A stretch of DNA of 64,000 nt, taken from Octopus sinensis. Lineage: Eukaryota. Positions within the stretch are counted from its first letter, which is position 1. Every line of letters starts with the position of its first letter. The translations under genes were made by a program, and so were the position numbers. This document shows, one piece after another, positions 1 to 13,693 of the stretch. The notes under the pieces were generated by a model. It made no database searches. It worked only from the letters and a program-made list of their open reading frames with translations, and was not told where the DNA came from. The DNA is taken from positions 26,474,001 through 26,538,000 of the forward strand of contig NC_043008.1 of assembly GCF_006345805.1 (NCBI RefSeq), given 5' to 3'.

Positions 1-835
1 AGCAAGAAAGCAGACAAATTACTAATCCCTTCAGGTCCTGCTTGATGTGTAATAAAGGTGTAAGCAGAAATTCCACACACTGTATCCAGTGCAAGCTATG
101 GACACAAAAGAAGTGCAATGGAATCACAAGAAGGTTAAGAGAGAAAGTAGTCTTTGTGTGTAGTAGAAAAGCAGGCATACTAATAACTAAGAATGTACAG
201 GAAATAGATTTGCTCAAATATCCAGTGGGACCCTCGGAGGCAGTAGATAACTTTTACTTACTAAGTGACCAAATTAGCAGCAGTGGAGGTTGCTCTGAAA
301 GCATAGTTACCATAATAAGAACTAGCTGGACAAAGTTCAGAGAGCTGTTTTACCTTTGTTGGTTACAAAGGGCATCTTTTTCAGAGTGAGAAGTAGACTG
401 TATAATGTCTGTGTACAGATGCTATGCTAGATAGCAGCAGAACATGGGCTGTGACTACAGAGGACATATAAAGGATTGTAAGAAATGAAGCTGGCATGCT
501 CATCTGAATATACAATGTCAGTGTGTATATATGACAAAATGTAAATATTTTGAGAGAGAAATTGGTTATAAGGCGCATAAGTTTTAGTGTGCAAGAGAGA
601 AGACTGTGATGGTATGGTCATGGGATGCATGTGGATGAGAATAGTTGTATAAAGAAACACCAATTTCTAAATGTGGAGGGAACCTTTGAAAGAGAAAGGC
701 CCAGGAAAACATGGGATGAAATGGAGAGGAATGATCTTCAGATGTTGAGCTTCACAGAGGAGAGAACAAAGTATCAAGACAACTGGTGATATGCTGTGCT
801 TGAGAAGACTAAGGCCAATAAAGTAAAATCCATGT
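1..835 (+). mobile_element. RTE-clade LINE, 3' part of RT ORF (decayed)
   Basis: ORF 42-389 (NKGVSRNSTHCIQCKLWTQKKCNGIT...SESIVTIIRTSWTKFRELF) parallels the better-preserved RTE copy at 30.8-32.5 kb. Downstream frames contain the RLXWYGH and GRPRKTW motifs (aagactgtgatggtatggtcat; ggcccaggaaaacatgg). Confidence 0.85.
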
Positions 836-1330
836 CCATGTATCCCTCTTTCTCTCACAATCCACTGAGGCTCACTACCACAGTTTTTCCCCTCCCCTTC
901 ATTTCCTCTCACACATCCATCTACCTGTCTGCACAAAATAAGCCCCTGTTAAATCCTATCCCTCTCCCCTACATCTAGCTCCCATTCTCTTTTTGAAATC
1001 TTGTGAATTGATCCACCTACCAACCAAATCTTATACCCAGTCCATTTCACTGTATACCCCACCCCTTAACTTGGATGTATGGCCCTTGCCCCAACTCTGT
1101 CACATCTTCGCCATCTTTCTCTCCTCTCTCTCTCTTTTCCATCAAAGGAAGTTTTGCCTCTCTTCTAATGCAAAACAACCTTTATTTCTCTCAATACTGT
1201 TCTCTACCCTAGTTGTGGAGTCTTGTCCAGCAAGTTACCTCACTGTTGCAGGTGACACATGAAAAGAACCCATTTCATTCTGTAAAGTGGTTGGTGATGG
1301 GTTGGTCAGCCAGCCATAGAAACCATATCA
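836..1330 (+). repeat. CT-rich segment ending in the RTE-associated 3' tail module
   Basis: The end (1235-1300) resembles the reverse complement of 33130-33220. Both are preceded by pyrimidine-rich sequence. Confidence 0.45.
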
Positions 1331-1359
1331 AAATAGATAGCAGAGTTTTTATATTGAGG

Positions 1360-2230
1360 GAAAACTAACATTGGTAAAAGATTCCTGTCACTCTTAGTCA
1401 AACACTTCCCAGCAACTCACAGACAGAGGAAAATATTTAATAGGCATTCTGTGAAACTATCTTGTAGCTGCTACCCCAGTATGAAGAATATCATTACATG
1501 GGGTCAATACCAAGAACCTGAATCCAGTTACAACTGTTGCAACCCAGGATCCTGTCCACTTGACCAACGACGGTCAGGATCCTTTGCTGCAATCCTAAAT
1601 AATAGTATAACTGAGGAGGAGACCTATATTGGATTATGTCAAGGTGAATTTAAAAATTGCTATGCCAATCACTTCCGACATAGGGACGAAAGTAAAGCTA
1701 CTAAGTTGGCAAGTCATGTATGGAGTTTGAAAGATAATGAAACACCGCATGTGAGTAAACGGAAAGTAATTGAGAAATTCATACCTTATGTGAATGGATT
1801 GAATAAATGTAGACTTTGTTGCACTGAAAGATTGCAGATCCTCTTCAGATCTAAGATCTCTATCTCTCTATTGAACTCCAGGTCAGAAATTTTCAGTGGT
1901 TGCATGCATATGTATAAATATATTTTGAAGAATTGGAAAATCTTTCCAGCCTTATCATTTAAGGCCTAAGGAAGATAGCACTTTTACCTTTTTACTTTTT
2001 ACTTTCTATATTTGACATTCTAGTTTCTGTTTTTCATTTTCTGTTGTTTACTGTTTGTGTTTTCTATATGCTGCCTTCTCAGTTTTTACACATTTCTTCT
2101 TTTATTCAATTTCTTTCATTCATTATGATATGAGGTTTGCACCTGAAGAATATGTTTGAGCTTTCTCAACATATGAGATTATTAGTAACACTTTAATACA
2201 CGTATTGTGCCCTTTAAATAAATAATATTT
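1360..2230 (+). mobile_element. Penelope-like element, 3' fragment with GIY-YIG endonuclease and 3' UTR/pLTR
   Basis: TNIGKRFLSLLVKHFP...KIFNRHSVKLSCSC runs into ORF 1451-1969 with ETYIGLCQGEFK, LASHVWSLKD and CRLCCTERLQIL...LLNSRSEIFSGCMH, typical of the PLE C-terminal GIY-YIG domain. An AT-rich tail follows. Confidence 0.85.
2132..2214 (+). ncRNA. Type I hammerhead ribozyme relic (probably inactive)
   Basis: CTGAAGA 2143-2149; stem II ATATGTT(T)GAG-CTTT-CTCAACATAT; GAGA in place of GAAA at 2175-2178; stem I GCAC/GTGC plus GAGG/CCTT across a TTT bulge; stem III imperfect. Confidence 0.55.
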
Positions 2231-2359
2231 ATCTCTCACCTGGTGGAGTATTTTTTTGCTGAATTTTCTATCACAGATCAGTACATTATATATATATATC
2301 CAAAGCTTTTCAAGAATCAATGTGTACATTGTATACTGCCACATGCTTATATATTGTCA

Positions 2360-2520
2360 AAGTGCTGTGGTTGGTGTTAGGAAGGGCATTCAGCCATAAA
2401 ATTCCTTCCAAAGCAGACATAGTAGCCTAGGGCAATCTTTCTACCTGGCTGGCTCCTGTCAACCGTCTTACTCATACATGCATGGAAAATGGACGTTAAA
2501 CAATGATGATGATGATGATA
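2360..2520 (+). mobile_element. RTE-tail-derived short repeat ending in (GAT)n
   Basis: ggttggtgttaggaagggcattcagcc...ggacgttaaacaatgatgatgat. The same module recurs at 24360, 30400-30580, 32920 (-) and 47500. Confidence 0.65.
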
Positions 2521-2524
2521 TATT

Positions 2525-2565
<41 letters not shown>

Positions 2566-2801
2566 GGGGGGGTGTAGTCAAGGCAGTGCCCCAACATGGC
2601 TGCAGTCTAATGAGTGAAACAAGTGAACATCTCTCCTAATGTCAACCACTTATTACATATATTCTGTGTGTGCATGTGTCTGAGGGTATATTTGTGTGTA
2701 TTTATAAATTTATTTACTTATTACTTCAACTCTATAAAAGTTAACTCTCTGATTCATAGAGAATAATTCCTGAATATTTTATAAATATAAACAAATTTGT
2801 A

Positions 2802-3026
2802 CTTTTAACATTCAGATAAATCTGTCAAATGTAATGCTTTTTTATTCACATTGTTTTAAAATTAATCATGCATTTTCTTGTAGCTTTGCGCTTTTGATGA
2901 TGTGATTGTTTTTTTTTTAGAATGACATTGTAGGGTAGGTGTGAGAGGTCAGTCTTGATATTTTGAACATAAAACAGATAGAATATTTGAACTTGATAAG
3001 GCCAGTTTAAATTCTAACGGGTTAAT
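2802..3026. mobile_element. piggyBac-like MITE (decayed)
   Basis: Ends in ...aacgggTTAA. The left end resembles (cc)tttaacattcag. About 225 bp, non-coding. Confidence 0.45.
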
Positions 3027-6000
3027 TGTAAAACTATCAGAGAAGAAATTATACTCCATCTTTTGTAGTATTTGAGACTTCATACAAACTTTTCAAAGTT
3101 ACAATTTTATTTTTAAATGAGGAATTTTGAAACTCAGATGTGTAGAAGAAAGACTTTGTATTCAGGTTGTGAAGTTAGAAGAAACAGTATATGACAGTAA
3201 ACAAATCACAGCTCTAATATGTCAATAAATAGAGCAAAATTCATACAAAAAGAAATAAATGGTATCTCTGTAAATTGAAATGAACTAAACAATAAAAAAG
3301 AAATAATTTGATGCTAGTGAGATATTATGCAAAAGAAATGTTTAATGTGTTACCAAGAGTCACTCAATACATTGTACTAGAAACGGATAAAAGTTGACAA
3401 TGCAGATATCATAAAGCTCACTTTCATTTGATAATGGAAATTAAATTACTGTTAGTTTAATTTTTATCTAAATCCAACTCCTACACAGAAATACAATAAA
3501 ATAAAAAACATTAATTCTTGAAACAGTGAATGCCTAATATTATTGAATATTTAAAATTCTTTAATCAATATTGATTTATTTTAACTAAGCAGTGAGGCCC
3601 TACATTTCTATGCATAGGGGAAGAGGATATGCAAACTGTAATGTTTACACCTTTCTTACAATAGTATAATGGAAATGAAATGGCTTCAAACCAAAAATGC
3701 AAAATGCATCACAATTTTATCTTACTGTGAGCTTACTTCTTTCTATACAGTGCTTGCAGTTATTTGATTAATCCGGATTTCTTAAAGAAAAAATAATACT
3801 GTGTGGTATTCACAAAAGCAATAAAGTTAAAAGTGAAGCAAAATGGCTTCCATTGGGAATTAAAATTGGCTCGCAAATTTTCTTAGCAATTTATTTAATC
3901 TCTTTCTCTTATATTATGGCCTATACTTATATAATATATGCACTAATTACTTTTGACTTGGCAAGAAACCGATTTTGAAATTGTCTCTGATATATTAGTA
4001 TAATTATTTTATTAACAGTGATGAAAGCACTGCTGACACTAGCAGCACTTGATCTCAGGATTTAGAGGTGATGGAAGTAAAAATTGCTATACATCTTGTC
4101 AATCATTCTATCATTGATACCAGCTTTCATAGTTATTTAATTAATTTTGATTTCCTATTCACACAAGGCCACAAATTTTTAGGTGAAGGTGCATAATTTC
4201 TGTTTATAGTCTAGTATACATTTCTTGAAGTAAAAACATGGAAAATTGAAACTGAGCAGTTTAGAACTGAGATTATTGAGAGCCAAATCTGAACACTCAG
4301 TATAAGAAAACATAGTATTTTTCAATGATGCTTGCCAAGTCACTTTTCTAAACTGTTCTAAACTTTTAATTACCATTACACTAATAAGTAGGAAATATGA
4401 AAGAAAAACACAAGTATGGAAGTGACTCAGCAGTCATTTACTTCTAAGAGCCACAAAAAGACAATATGTGGAAAGAAAACATAAAATGGGACTGGCGGTA
4501 AAAGATCACACAGTAATTAGCTTTAATTGACAATCCCTCGTTACCCTACATCATCTCTGCTTCGGAAATACTTTACCCTAACCCTGTTTTGCTTCATCAG
4601 AAAAACAATGAAAGCTTCCCTCAATGAATAATGATATTCAACTGATGCATTTCCTTTAAAAGGTTATTACTATCATTATTATAATTACTATTATTATTAT
4701 TATTATCATTGTTATTGTTGTTGTCGTTGTTGTTGTTGTTATCTTTATTATTATCATTTCATTTCTTGTATTTCCTTTTATTTTGATGTAAACTTTTTGC
4801 AAGTATTTAATTTCATGATTTAACTTTTTGTAAACATTTTATTTAATGAACTTGACTGATTGCTATTTTGCAGTAACAATTGAAGTATGTTCTTCTCAAT
4901 TCTATGCTTTGTATGAGAATCACTGAAATCTGTAACTGTCAGATTGATTTCTACTGTTTTGGTATAGAACATTGATGGCGTGATCTACATTTAGCTATTA
5001 GTCCAAAATCTATTTTAACATTTCTTACTTCTATTTATATGAATGTTCTTTGACTGTCCATTCCATAATGCATGCAAACAAGCAACCATGCTTATCGAGA
5101 GGTAAGTGCCTTCAAGTTTTTCTATAAATAGCATGACAAATAAGTTACTTGTTTCATCCAAGGTATCTGAACACATTTATGTTCCATAATACATTAGTGG
5201 CTGCTAAATCTGTAATTCATATTTTATAATTTATCTTGAATTGAAAGTGATGCAGGTGGTTGAGAGTCTGTTCTATCAGATCCAATGAAGTATTGTAGTT
5301 AATTTCATCCTTCTCGTTTTAAAGTTCAAATCTTACTAGGATCAACTTTCTTTTTTATTGTTCCAAATGAACTAGAACCAATGCAATCAACTATGATATT
5401 CCTTCAGACCAATAAGGAAGCCTCTCTGTGCAGTCACTCATCCCACTATGCTTAGTAACAAATATTCCCTCCTCTAATAATACTCTACATTTTTCAAAAG
5501 GATATTTCAGATATTGAAATCTTAGATCCAATGTGTCTAAATACAAGGCAGTATGATCAAAGATAGCATGACATTCCTTTGAGATCACTAGTCTGCTTGC
5601 TGAGGCCTGGCCAGGTTCTATACAACAATCATTTCTGTATCAACTAGAAGCCATGTGGAGAAGCAAAACAACATTATTATGTAAAACTGAGACATGATGT
5701 GGAGTTGCCTGATAAATCTAAGACTTTAAAAATAAATAATTTATGAATATAGTGATTAATGAATATTTCAGATTGCAATGAGTTTGTTAAAGAAAACTTT
5801 AGAAAATTTTATTGGGATGTGCATTAAAGGTCTCTATGTAAATTACATAAATATTTAAACAGCCTTCATAACTGAAAGCTGATCAATCAAAACAAAAAAC
5901 AAAGAAAAAACTAAAAAAACCCATAAAAAACGTTATGCTTCACAATGTAAATGTTTAACTAAAAGGCCTCAAAAATCAGAATGGTTCATAAAATGGCTCA

Positions 6001-7962
6001 TTGAATATGATGATAAACTGCTATAGCTGAATGATTTCAGATTCAAAATGACTAGAGGATTTTCTCATTGGTGTATTTGAGAAGTCCTCTTAATTCCATA
6101 TACCTCTGTTCTGCTAAATTTTGAAAATAAGTACCAGATTCTGTGGCCATGTAATCTGAAGTATGACATTGTAATCAAGGAATGACATAGATAGAGCTAA
6201 AAATGAGCTAAGTACCACCCCATAGAATCTTGTTTGACATTATATTCTGGAAAATCAGAAATTTATAAAGCTAGAATATAGATCTAGTTCCTGTAGCATA
6301 CTTCAAGGAAAACTAAATTTCTCCTTTGCTAAGTCACACATCAGTTATTAATAAATAACCCAAAAGTTTTGGTACCTATTCTCTTAGTTTTGTTTTGCTA
6401 ATTTATAAAAACTTAGCCAGGGTATGAAAGGAATCACTCATTTTAAAGAACACATGAGACTAAGAGAAGGATGGAAGAATCCACAACTTAGTTGGTATGA
6501 TAGAAACATCACAACTTCAATGAATCCGCTTCAGATAAGAGGTCTGGTTGAAATACTTGCAACAGATTAGTCATTGCTAAAGCCAACAAGGACCAACTGG
6601 TGGCATTAAACCAGGTGATTAAGTCTACTTTTAAGAATATGTATAATCTATTCCACATGTAAATTTGTAGTCTAAATAGCACTTTTTTTGTCTTCACAGT
6701 TTTAATCAAAAAAGAGTAAGTCAACTTAGGACTATAGGCTAATGTCATTTTATGGAATTGTAAACAAAACCATGAGATAGTCTGTACCAATTCTTCTAAT
6801 GCATGTACTATTCCAATGCTTTATATAATATCGTGTTGAAATACAAACAACTTTAATTTATTGTATGTTATTGATAACATGTGCTAAGAATCTCACTTTG
6901 TAACCAGATGATGTGTGTGTGTGTGTATGTGTATTTATGTATATATGATGTGTGTGTATTTGCTTAGCTGTGCATCTGCATAAGAACCAGTGTTGTTTCT
7001 GGTGTATCCTTTTATAATTTGACAATTATAAATATCTAAGTAGTACCAGAGGAAAATAAGTCCTGGAATTGATTGAATTTTATAAACCATTTAAAGGTGG
7101 TACTCAAGTCATTAAAGCAAAACCTAGTGACAGAAAAAGGGTAAAAAATTCTTTTAGCAACCTAATCTTTTTTGTACTTTACTCGGGAATAAATACAATT
7201 TAAATTTCCTTAGATTTATTTAGCAAGACTTCTCCACATCATTATAAAGGCTTTTTAAAACATTGATCTTAAAACCTATAAAATGAAAAGCTAACATTGA
7301 AATATCTGTGATACTTGTAGAGATGTTATAATAATAATAGTTATCAAATCAAAATCCTCAATAGCATATATTGCAATATTTTTTCAGACAAATTTAGTTA
7401 TTTAAATTTTGTGCAATGCCCTAAGTAGTCATTCACATTTATAAATGCATATTTATCCATGAGACTATTGTAATAAATAAAGGCATTATAGTATCAGCAA
7501 TAAACCAAGAATATCTGCATTGTTTTGTTTCATTAATATACTTAGTAAGTTTTCAGTTTCTACATAACTATAATAGTTCTACATATTTTAAACAAAAAAT
7601 ATCAATAAATAACTGCAGTTCCTTTGTCTATTGTAGCATGTGTGTCTATGTGTTGCTTTCTTTGGCAGTTGCTTTGTATATCAAGAAACTCTGAATGATG
7701 ACAATGTCTAAACAAAACTTCAAATAAATAACAACTACTGAACATGTGTACTTTGTCTTCTATTTACATACACATATCCAGATATCTGAATGTGTAATTG
7801 TGTTTGTAATATATGAAGTATATGTTTGTACATATATATTCGTTTATACATACATACAAGTATACAGACATGCATACACATCACTCTCCCTCCTTTTCTC
7901 TCTCTTCTCTGTTTGTCTGTGTGTCTGTCTCTCTGCCTCTCTCTCTCTCTCTCTCTCTCCCT

Positions 7963-8013
<51 letters not shown>

Positions 8014-9444
8014 CTTCTCTTTCCTTGACATTCTCTTTCCAGATGCCAAATTCTGTTCTTGTAGATTTGTACACAGACAACCATTTTTGTAGCATATAAT
8101 ATATAAATAAAAAGAAAATTCTCTTTTATGTTAAAAACTAAAATGAGTAACAAATATTTCTGTACCTTTTGCAATAAATTTCTCCTTAAAAAATGTGTTT
8201 CTACAAGAATTTCTAAAGCAATATTACAACCAGTTATGCAAAGTAGCCAAGTGTATACGGTAGCAGACTTCCAGCTGAAAAGTTTTAACATGAAATCTTT
8301 TGTGAGTGTAGTATTTTGTATTTAAGTTGTACACTTCCTTCTATAAACTTGAAATAACTATCAGGAAGATGTGCCAGGTCTGTGAATGCTGCCTGAGATA
8401 GGCTGCTGTTTTTATTTGTGTTGTTTTTTCTGGAGGTCACTCTCTATCCTTCAACTGCTTTATATCATTAAAACATGAGCTAAATATCAGTCTTTCAGTT
8501 CCCCTTTAGGATTATTTAAGTAATTTGAAATTTCTGTGAAAGAAAAGTAGACTGACAGGAAGAAATGAATGTTTTTCCATTAGATTGCATTTGGCAGCAA
8601 TCCAAACCTTGACTTGATGGCTCGTAATAGAGAATATAATTTTACCATTTGATAAAAGTCTTAAAGATAGATGCAATATCTTTCCTGGTTAAATTAGATA
8701 ATGCAAAAGGGAATGTAGAATAAATGTTCATGAGTTCTAAACCAGCCAAGCTAAATATGTAATTAAGTGGCATTTGAAAATGATTGAAGAATATACAAAT
8801 CAAATACTGGTTCTGATGAAAACATGAGGCTGATAGTGTGATCAAAGTATAAACCATTCTGAAAGGAAAGATTTAATATTGGTCATAAATGTTATGAATG
8901 CAACCAAGCAACATTTATTCCTTTATTGAATCTCTCATGGAATCTTCCATAGGAATCTTTCTCCATATCAGTTTGAATATCTCTGCCTCAAATCATATTG
9001 TATTATCAGTTAATTAGTCATTACCATTGTAAATAATCAGTTATGTCACAGTAACTTCATGCATTTTATTTGTTGTAAACACTTTTTTCTCTAGTTATAT
9101 ACTGCAAATACATGCCTGTAGCTGAACTTTAAAATAATTCCTACTTCAACTACATTGTTGCAAAAAAGTAACTCATGTAGATTGTTATTTTATTGCATGG
9201 AAAATTTTTAAATGGCTAACCAATGCATTACATTGAAGTAATTCTCAGACCTAATTATCCAGAAAAGTTTGGACATGTTTCAGTGTTATTAGACCTCTTT
9301 AAAACACAGATAGATAGAATTTTCTTGTTTTTTCCCATATCTGTTGATAGAAAATCTTTATTATAGAGGTTCAGCAAATGTGTAATTCAGTACTTTGGAG
9401 TTGTCAGCCTTTATCCTTAATTAAGCTTAATTCACGTTATTGGT

Positions 9445-9628
9445 TTCAAATTTTGGCATAAGGCCAGCAATTTTAGAGGAGTGGGTAGTCAATTACATCA
9501 TTTCCAGTGCTTGGCTAGTATTTATTTCATCAACCCCAAATGGATGAAAGGCAAAATTGACCTTGGCAGAATTTGAACTCAGAACAAAATTTTGTTCAGC
9601 TTGCTAGTGATACTGCCAGCTTGGCAAC
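9445..9628 (-). mobile_element. tRNA-derived SINE (tttgcctttcatcc core family), decayed
   Basis: Shares gatgaaaggcaaa-tgacct-ggc-gaatttgaactcagaac with the copies at 13088-13312, 39670-39880 and 45495-45700. Confidence 0.7.
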
Positions 9629-10042
9629 TAAAAAATTTAATCGCATTATCAACCGAGCTTATAATTTCATTTTGCCATTGAAATGGCAATTCTGAATATT
9701 CAAAATTTTTTCTTACTGCTTTAGGTAATTTAACAGTCACTCAGCTATTGTGCTTTATATGAATGGCATCTGTAGGTAATTTACCTCAATCATTGTATTC
9801 GTCTAGTTAGGATTTAGAGTTAGGATGGAGGAAATAGCTACCCAAACTTTCTCAATAAGACTTTCTTTTTTGGTACGAATATGTAAAATAATTATAATGA
9901 AGATTCTGTAGAGAAGATAAATTTCACTTTAAATAATCTAATTAAATAATTTCTATCAAAAGGCTTTGATTTTCCTATATAAAGTAACTGTGGAATTAAG
10001 AGACTGCAAGCTGGATGTTAGGAACATTGTTTCAAGCAATAC

Positions 10043-10074
<32 letters not shown>

Positions 10075-10134
10075 ATGTGCACATGCACGTGTACGCATGT
10101 GTGCATGTGTGTTTGAGTGTATGTGTATGTGTAT

Positions 10135-10520
10135 CAAATGTTTCAGTCATTTGATTGTGGCCATGCTGGAAGACCACCTTTAGCCAAAGAAATTGACCCC
10201 AGATCTTATTCTTTGTACTTATTCTATCAGTCTCTTTTGCCAAACTGCTAAGTTTAGGGGAGATAAACACACCAACATCGGTTGTCAAGCAATGGTGGGT
10301 GGACAAACACAGACACCCACACATAAATATACATACATACACACATACATACACACACACATACATATATATATATATACAATGGGCTTCTTTTCAGTTC
10401 CCGTCTCCCAAATCCACTCGAGGCTATAGTAGAAGGCATTTACCCAAGGTGCCATACAGTGGGATTGAACCCGGAACCATGAGGTTGAGAAGCAAGCTTC
10501 TTATCACACAACCATATCTG
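10135..10520 (-). mobile_element. Octopus-type tRNA-derived SINE with internal (CA/TA)n
   Basis: Reverse complement of the 11980-12375 copy. Confidence 0.8.
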
Positions 10521-10524
10521 TACC

Positions 10525-10559
<35 letters not shown>

Positions 10560-10679
10560 GGTATAGGATGTGTCAGTGTTCTGACTGATGTCATTTATTT
10601 GAATTTAGAAAAAGAATGCTTAGGTCATCAAAAAGAAAAACGCTGTATTTGAAAACAAATTGGTACAAATAATCTTGGG

Positions 10680-11460
10680 AACCCTTTTATGACACCTATG
10701 CTATGAATCCAATGGCTGCTTGAATACAGGATCAAAAGCTGACATGCCTTCATCAGAAAGTCTTCATCAATTTTGGACATAGTGCTGGTTAAGGCAGACT
10801 TGAGAGATTGCATGGTATTATGGGGTGGGTGGATTTCATTATCATCTCTCTTAACTATGCCCCATACATAATAGTCCAGTGGATTGAGACCTAGGGTGAC
10901 CTAGGGGCCCATGTGACTGTGAGAACATAATCAGAGATTGGCTCACATCCACATTTGAGCTGTTCTAGCCATATGAGATGGCACAGAGTCTTGTTGGAAG
11001 ATGTACGATCTTCTGTTGCATACTCTGACTATCCAGGGACATACAATTTTCTCCAGTATTCCTGTGTAGACAGTAGTATTGACTCTTAAGTAAAAAAAAT
11101 ATGAGGAGGCATGACAACTAACTCATTGCTGATGACTCCCAGAACCATCAAGTCTCTGCATAAGCATCTGTCATTTCTTCAGTTTACATTCTGGTCTTGA
11201 CAGAGGTTTTTCTCTTGGTGTTTTAACTTGTTTAGCAAGCACTTTACATGGATCAAACCATTCTCTCTTTTGACATTCAGCATAAACTAGGTCCTCCACA
11301 TCACATTCGACTTGTACCAGATTTCCTCATGAACAACTCTTCCAAGGGTGCATTCTGAAACCTTGAGGTCCTTTGCAATGGTTCTTATTGACTTTCTGGA
11401 GCCGATTGACTTTGTTGGACCTGTTCTCAGAGAATTCTCTTGTAAACATCTTTTAAGAAC
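10680..11460 (-). mobile_element. Tc1/mariner transposase remnant, maT (DD37D)-like
   Basis: Broken frames read KSIRTIAKDLKVSE, VMPPHIF, PWIVRVC..SYIFQQDSVPSH, LNPLDYYVWGIVKRD..PHNTMQSLKSALTSTMSKIDEDFLMKAC..IQAAI. Confidence 0.7.
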
Positions 11461-11979
11461 ATGTTTATTGTTGTAGACATTGGCAAAAACATACCTTTAT
11501 TTCCTATAAGTAATTTCTACCAATCTATAAAATTTGACCTTTAACTGTTTTCTTACATTTCAATTTCCTTTATATATATCTATTTCCACGATTTTAAGCA
11601 ATATTCCCATTCATCTATCACACTATATTTCTCCACTCTTAATTTTCTGTCATTATATATGGGGTAATCACATTTGGTTAAAATGGCTTATTGATGTGTT
11701 TTGTTTCTTTGTTTTTCCCTGACAAGATGATTGCATTGTTTTACATCATTTTATTCCTTCCTGAATAATATCAATGTTTTCTTCAAGACATATGTCGGAA
11801 GTATAAAGATTTGAATAACACCTACATTTGACTCATTTTCTTAATTTATCTATGTTATACAAAAACATTTCACTTAACCCTGGAATTTCTACGTTTATAA
11901 GTAAGCTGTAATATCCTTGGCTCTTATGTGAAATTTTGCTCCCTTGGTAACTATTTATTTGTTTTTTTCCATGTTATTT

Positions 11980-12375
11980 GTGTGGTAAGTAGCTTGCTAA
12001 CAAACCACATGGTTCCGGGTTCAGTCCCACTGCATGGCATCTTGGGCAAGTGTCTTCTGCTATAGCCCCGGGCCAACCAAAACCTTGTGAGTGGATTTGG
12101 TAGATGGAAACTGAAAGAAGCCTGTTGTATATATGTATATATATATTTATGAGTGTATGTGTGTGTGTTTGTGTGTCTGTGTTTGTCCCCTTAGCATTGC
12201 TTGACAACCAATGCTGGTGTGTTTACGTTCCCGTCACTTAGCGGTTCGGCAAAAGAGACCGATAGAATAAGTACTAGGCTTACAAAGAATAAGTCCCAGG
12301 GGCGATTTGCTCGACTAAAGGTGGTGCTCCAGCATGGCCGCAGTCAAATGACTGAAACAAGTAAAAGAGTAAAAG
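11980..12375 (+). mobile_element. Octopus-type tRNA-derived SINE
   Basis: tRNA-like head gtgtggtaagtagcttgc...ggttcagtcccactg (B-box-like), cttgggcaagtgtctt core, internal microsatellite, tail gactgaaacaagtaaaagag. Many copies in this window. Confidence 0.85.
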
Positions 12376-12418
12376 AGTATTGAAAAAATAAACATATATT
12401 TATGTATGTATGTGTATA

Positions 12419-12459
<41 letters not shown>

Positions 12460-12754
12460 AATGTACATGTAGTAAAACAGACAATAATGATAATAATCCA
12501 TGGATGAAATTTATAAATATTTTAATGCATCCCTATGTGCATTTGCCATAAATCACATGTTTCTTATGATCATCATCATCTGTATTCCTGGGATGATTAA
12601 AGTACTGTCTGTAATATATCCATACATGTCCCGTGATATTATGGACAGTAATGTGATCATCCCAGGAATACAGACAATGATCATAAGAAACATGTGATAG
12701 GTGGAAACGTGCATAGTAATAGATTAAAATGTTTTTACATTCCAACCACAGATT

Positions 12755-12880
12755 CTTCTTCATCTTATCCTTCTTCTTCTTCTTCTCCTTCTTCTTCTTC
12801 TTCTTCTTCTTCTTTTTCTTCTTCTTCTTCTTCTTCTTCTTCTTTTTCTTCTTCTTCTTCTTCTTATTATTATTATTATT
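12755..12880. repeat. (TTC)n-(TTA)n microsatellite
   Basis: Directly visible. It produces the poly-S, poly-F and poly-K ORFs. Confidence 0.95.
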
Positions 12881-13051
12881 GCTATATTTATCCAGCATTA
12901 TATTGGCACAGCTCAGTACAACCCTATAAAACTGCTATTGCGCATTGGTATCATAAGGCTGTAGCCAGCATAATAAAATAGGAACATTTATATGCATACT
13001 CAAAAATGTTTTCTGTAAATGAACTTAAAGGATACATATATATATATATAT

Positions 13052-13087
<36 letters not shown>

Positions 13088-13089
<2 letters not shown>

Positions 13090-13312
13090 CTTTACTACCA
13101 CAAGGGGCTAAACACAGAGGGGACAAACAAGGACAAACGGATTAAGTCGATTACATCGACCCCAGTGCATGACTGGTTCTTAATTTATCGACCCCGAAAG
13201 GATGAAAGGCAAAGTCGACCTCGGCGGAACTTGAAGTTAGAACGTAGCAGCAGACGAAGTACCGTTAAGCATTTCGCCCAGCGTGCTAATGCTTCTGCCA
13301 GCTCACCACCTT
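13088..13312 (-). mobile_element. tRNA-derived SINE, well preserved (core resembles the recalled Meta-SINE domain)
   Basis: The minus strand reads aaggtggtgagctggcagaagc...gaggtcgactttgcctttcatcctttcggggtcgataaattaagaaccag. CpGs are retained. Confidence 0.8.
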
Positions 13313-13314
13313 AA

Positions 13315-13318
13315 ATAT

Positions 13319-13377
<59 letters not shown>

Positions 13378-13383
13378 CACATG

Positions 13384-13452
<69 letters not shown>

Positions 13453-13649
13453 TATATATATGCATACATACATATATATATATATATACATGCATACATA
13501 CATATATATAATATATATATATACATACATACATATATATATATATACATACATACATACATATATATATACATACATACATACATATATATAATATACA
13601 TACATACATACATATATATATATTATATATATATACATACATATATATA

Positions 13650-13690
<41 letters not shown>
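13315..13690. repeat. Compound (TA)n/(CATA)n microsatellite, about 375 bp
   Basis: Directly visible. Confidence 0.95.

Positions 13691-13693
<3 letters not shown>

Noticed and set aside
3737-3781. Minus-strand AG..GT bounded segment
   Set aside because: It has stops in all three frames.
5391-6790. Short ORFs and exon-like stretches (5391-5588, 6509-6790)
   Set aside because: No recognisable homology or convincing pair of splice sites.
7735-8092. Overlapping ORFs rich in IY, RE and SL repeats (likewise at 13.3, 20.3, 27.4, 50.5 and 55.4 kb)
   Set aside because: They are read-through of dinucleotide microsatellites, not genes.
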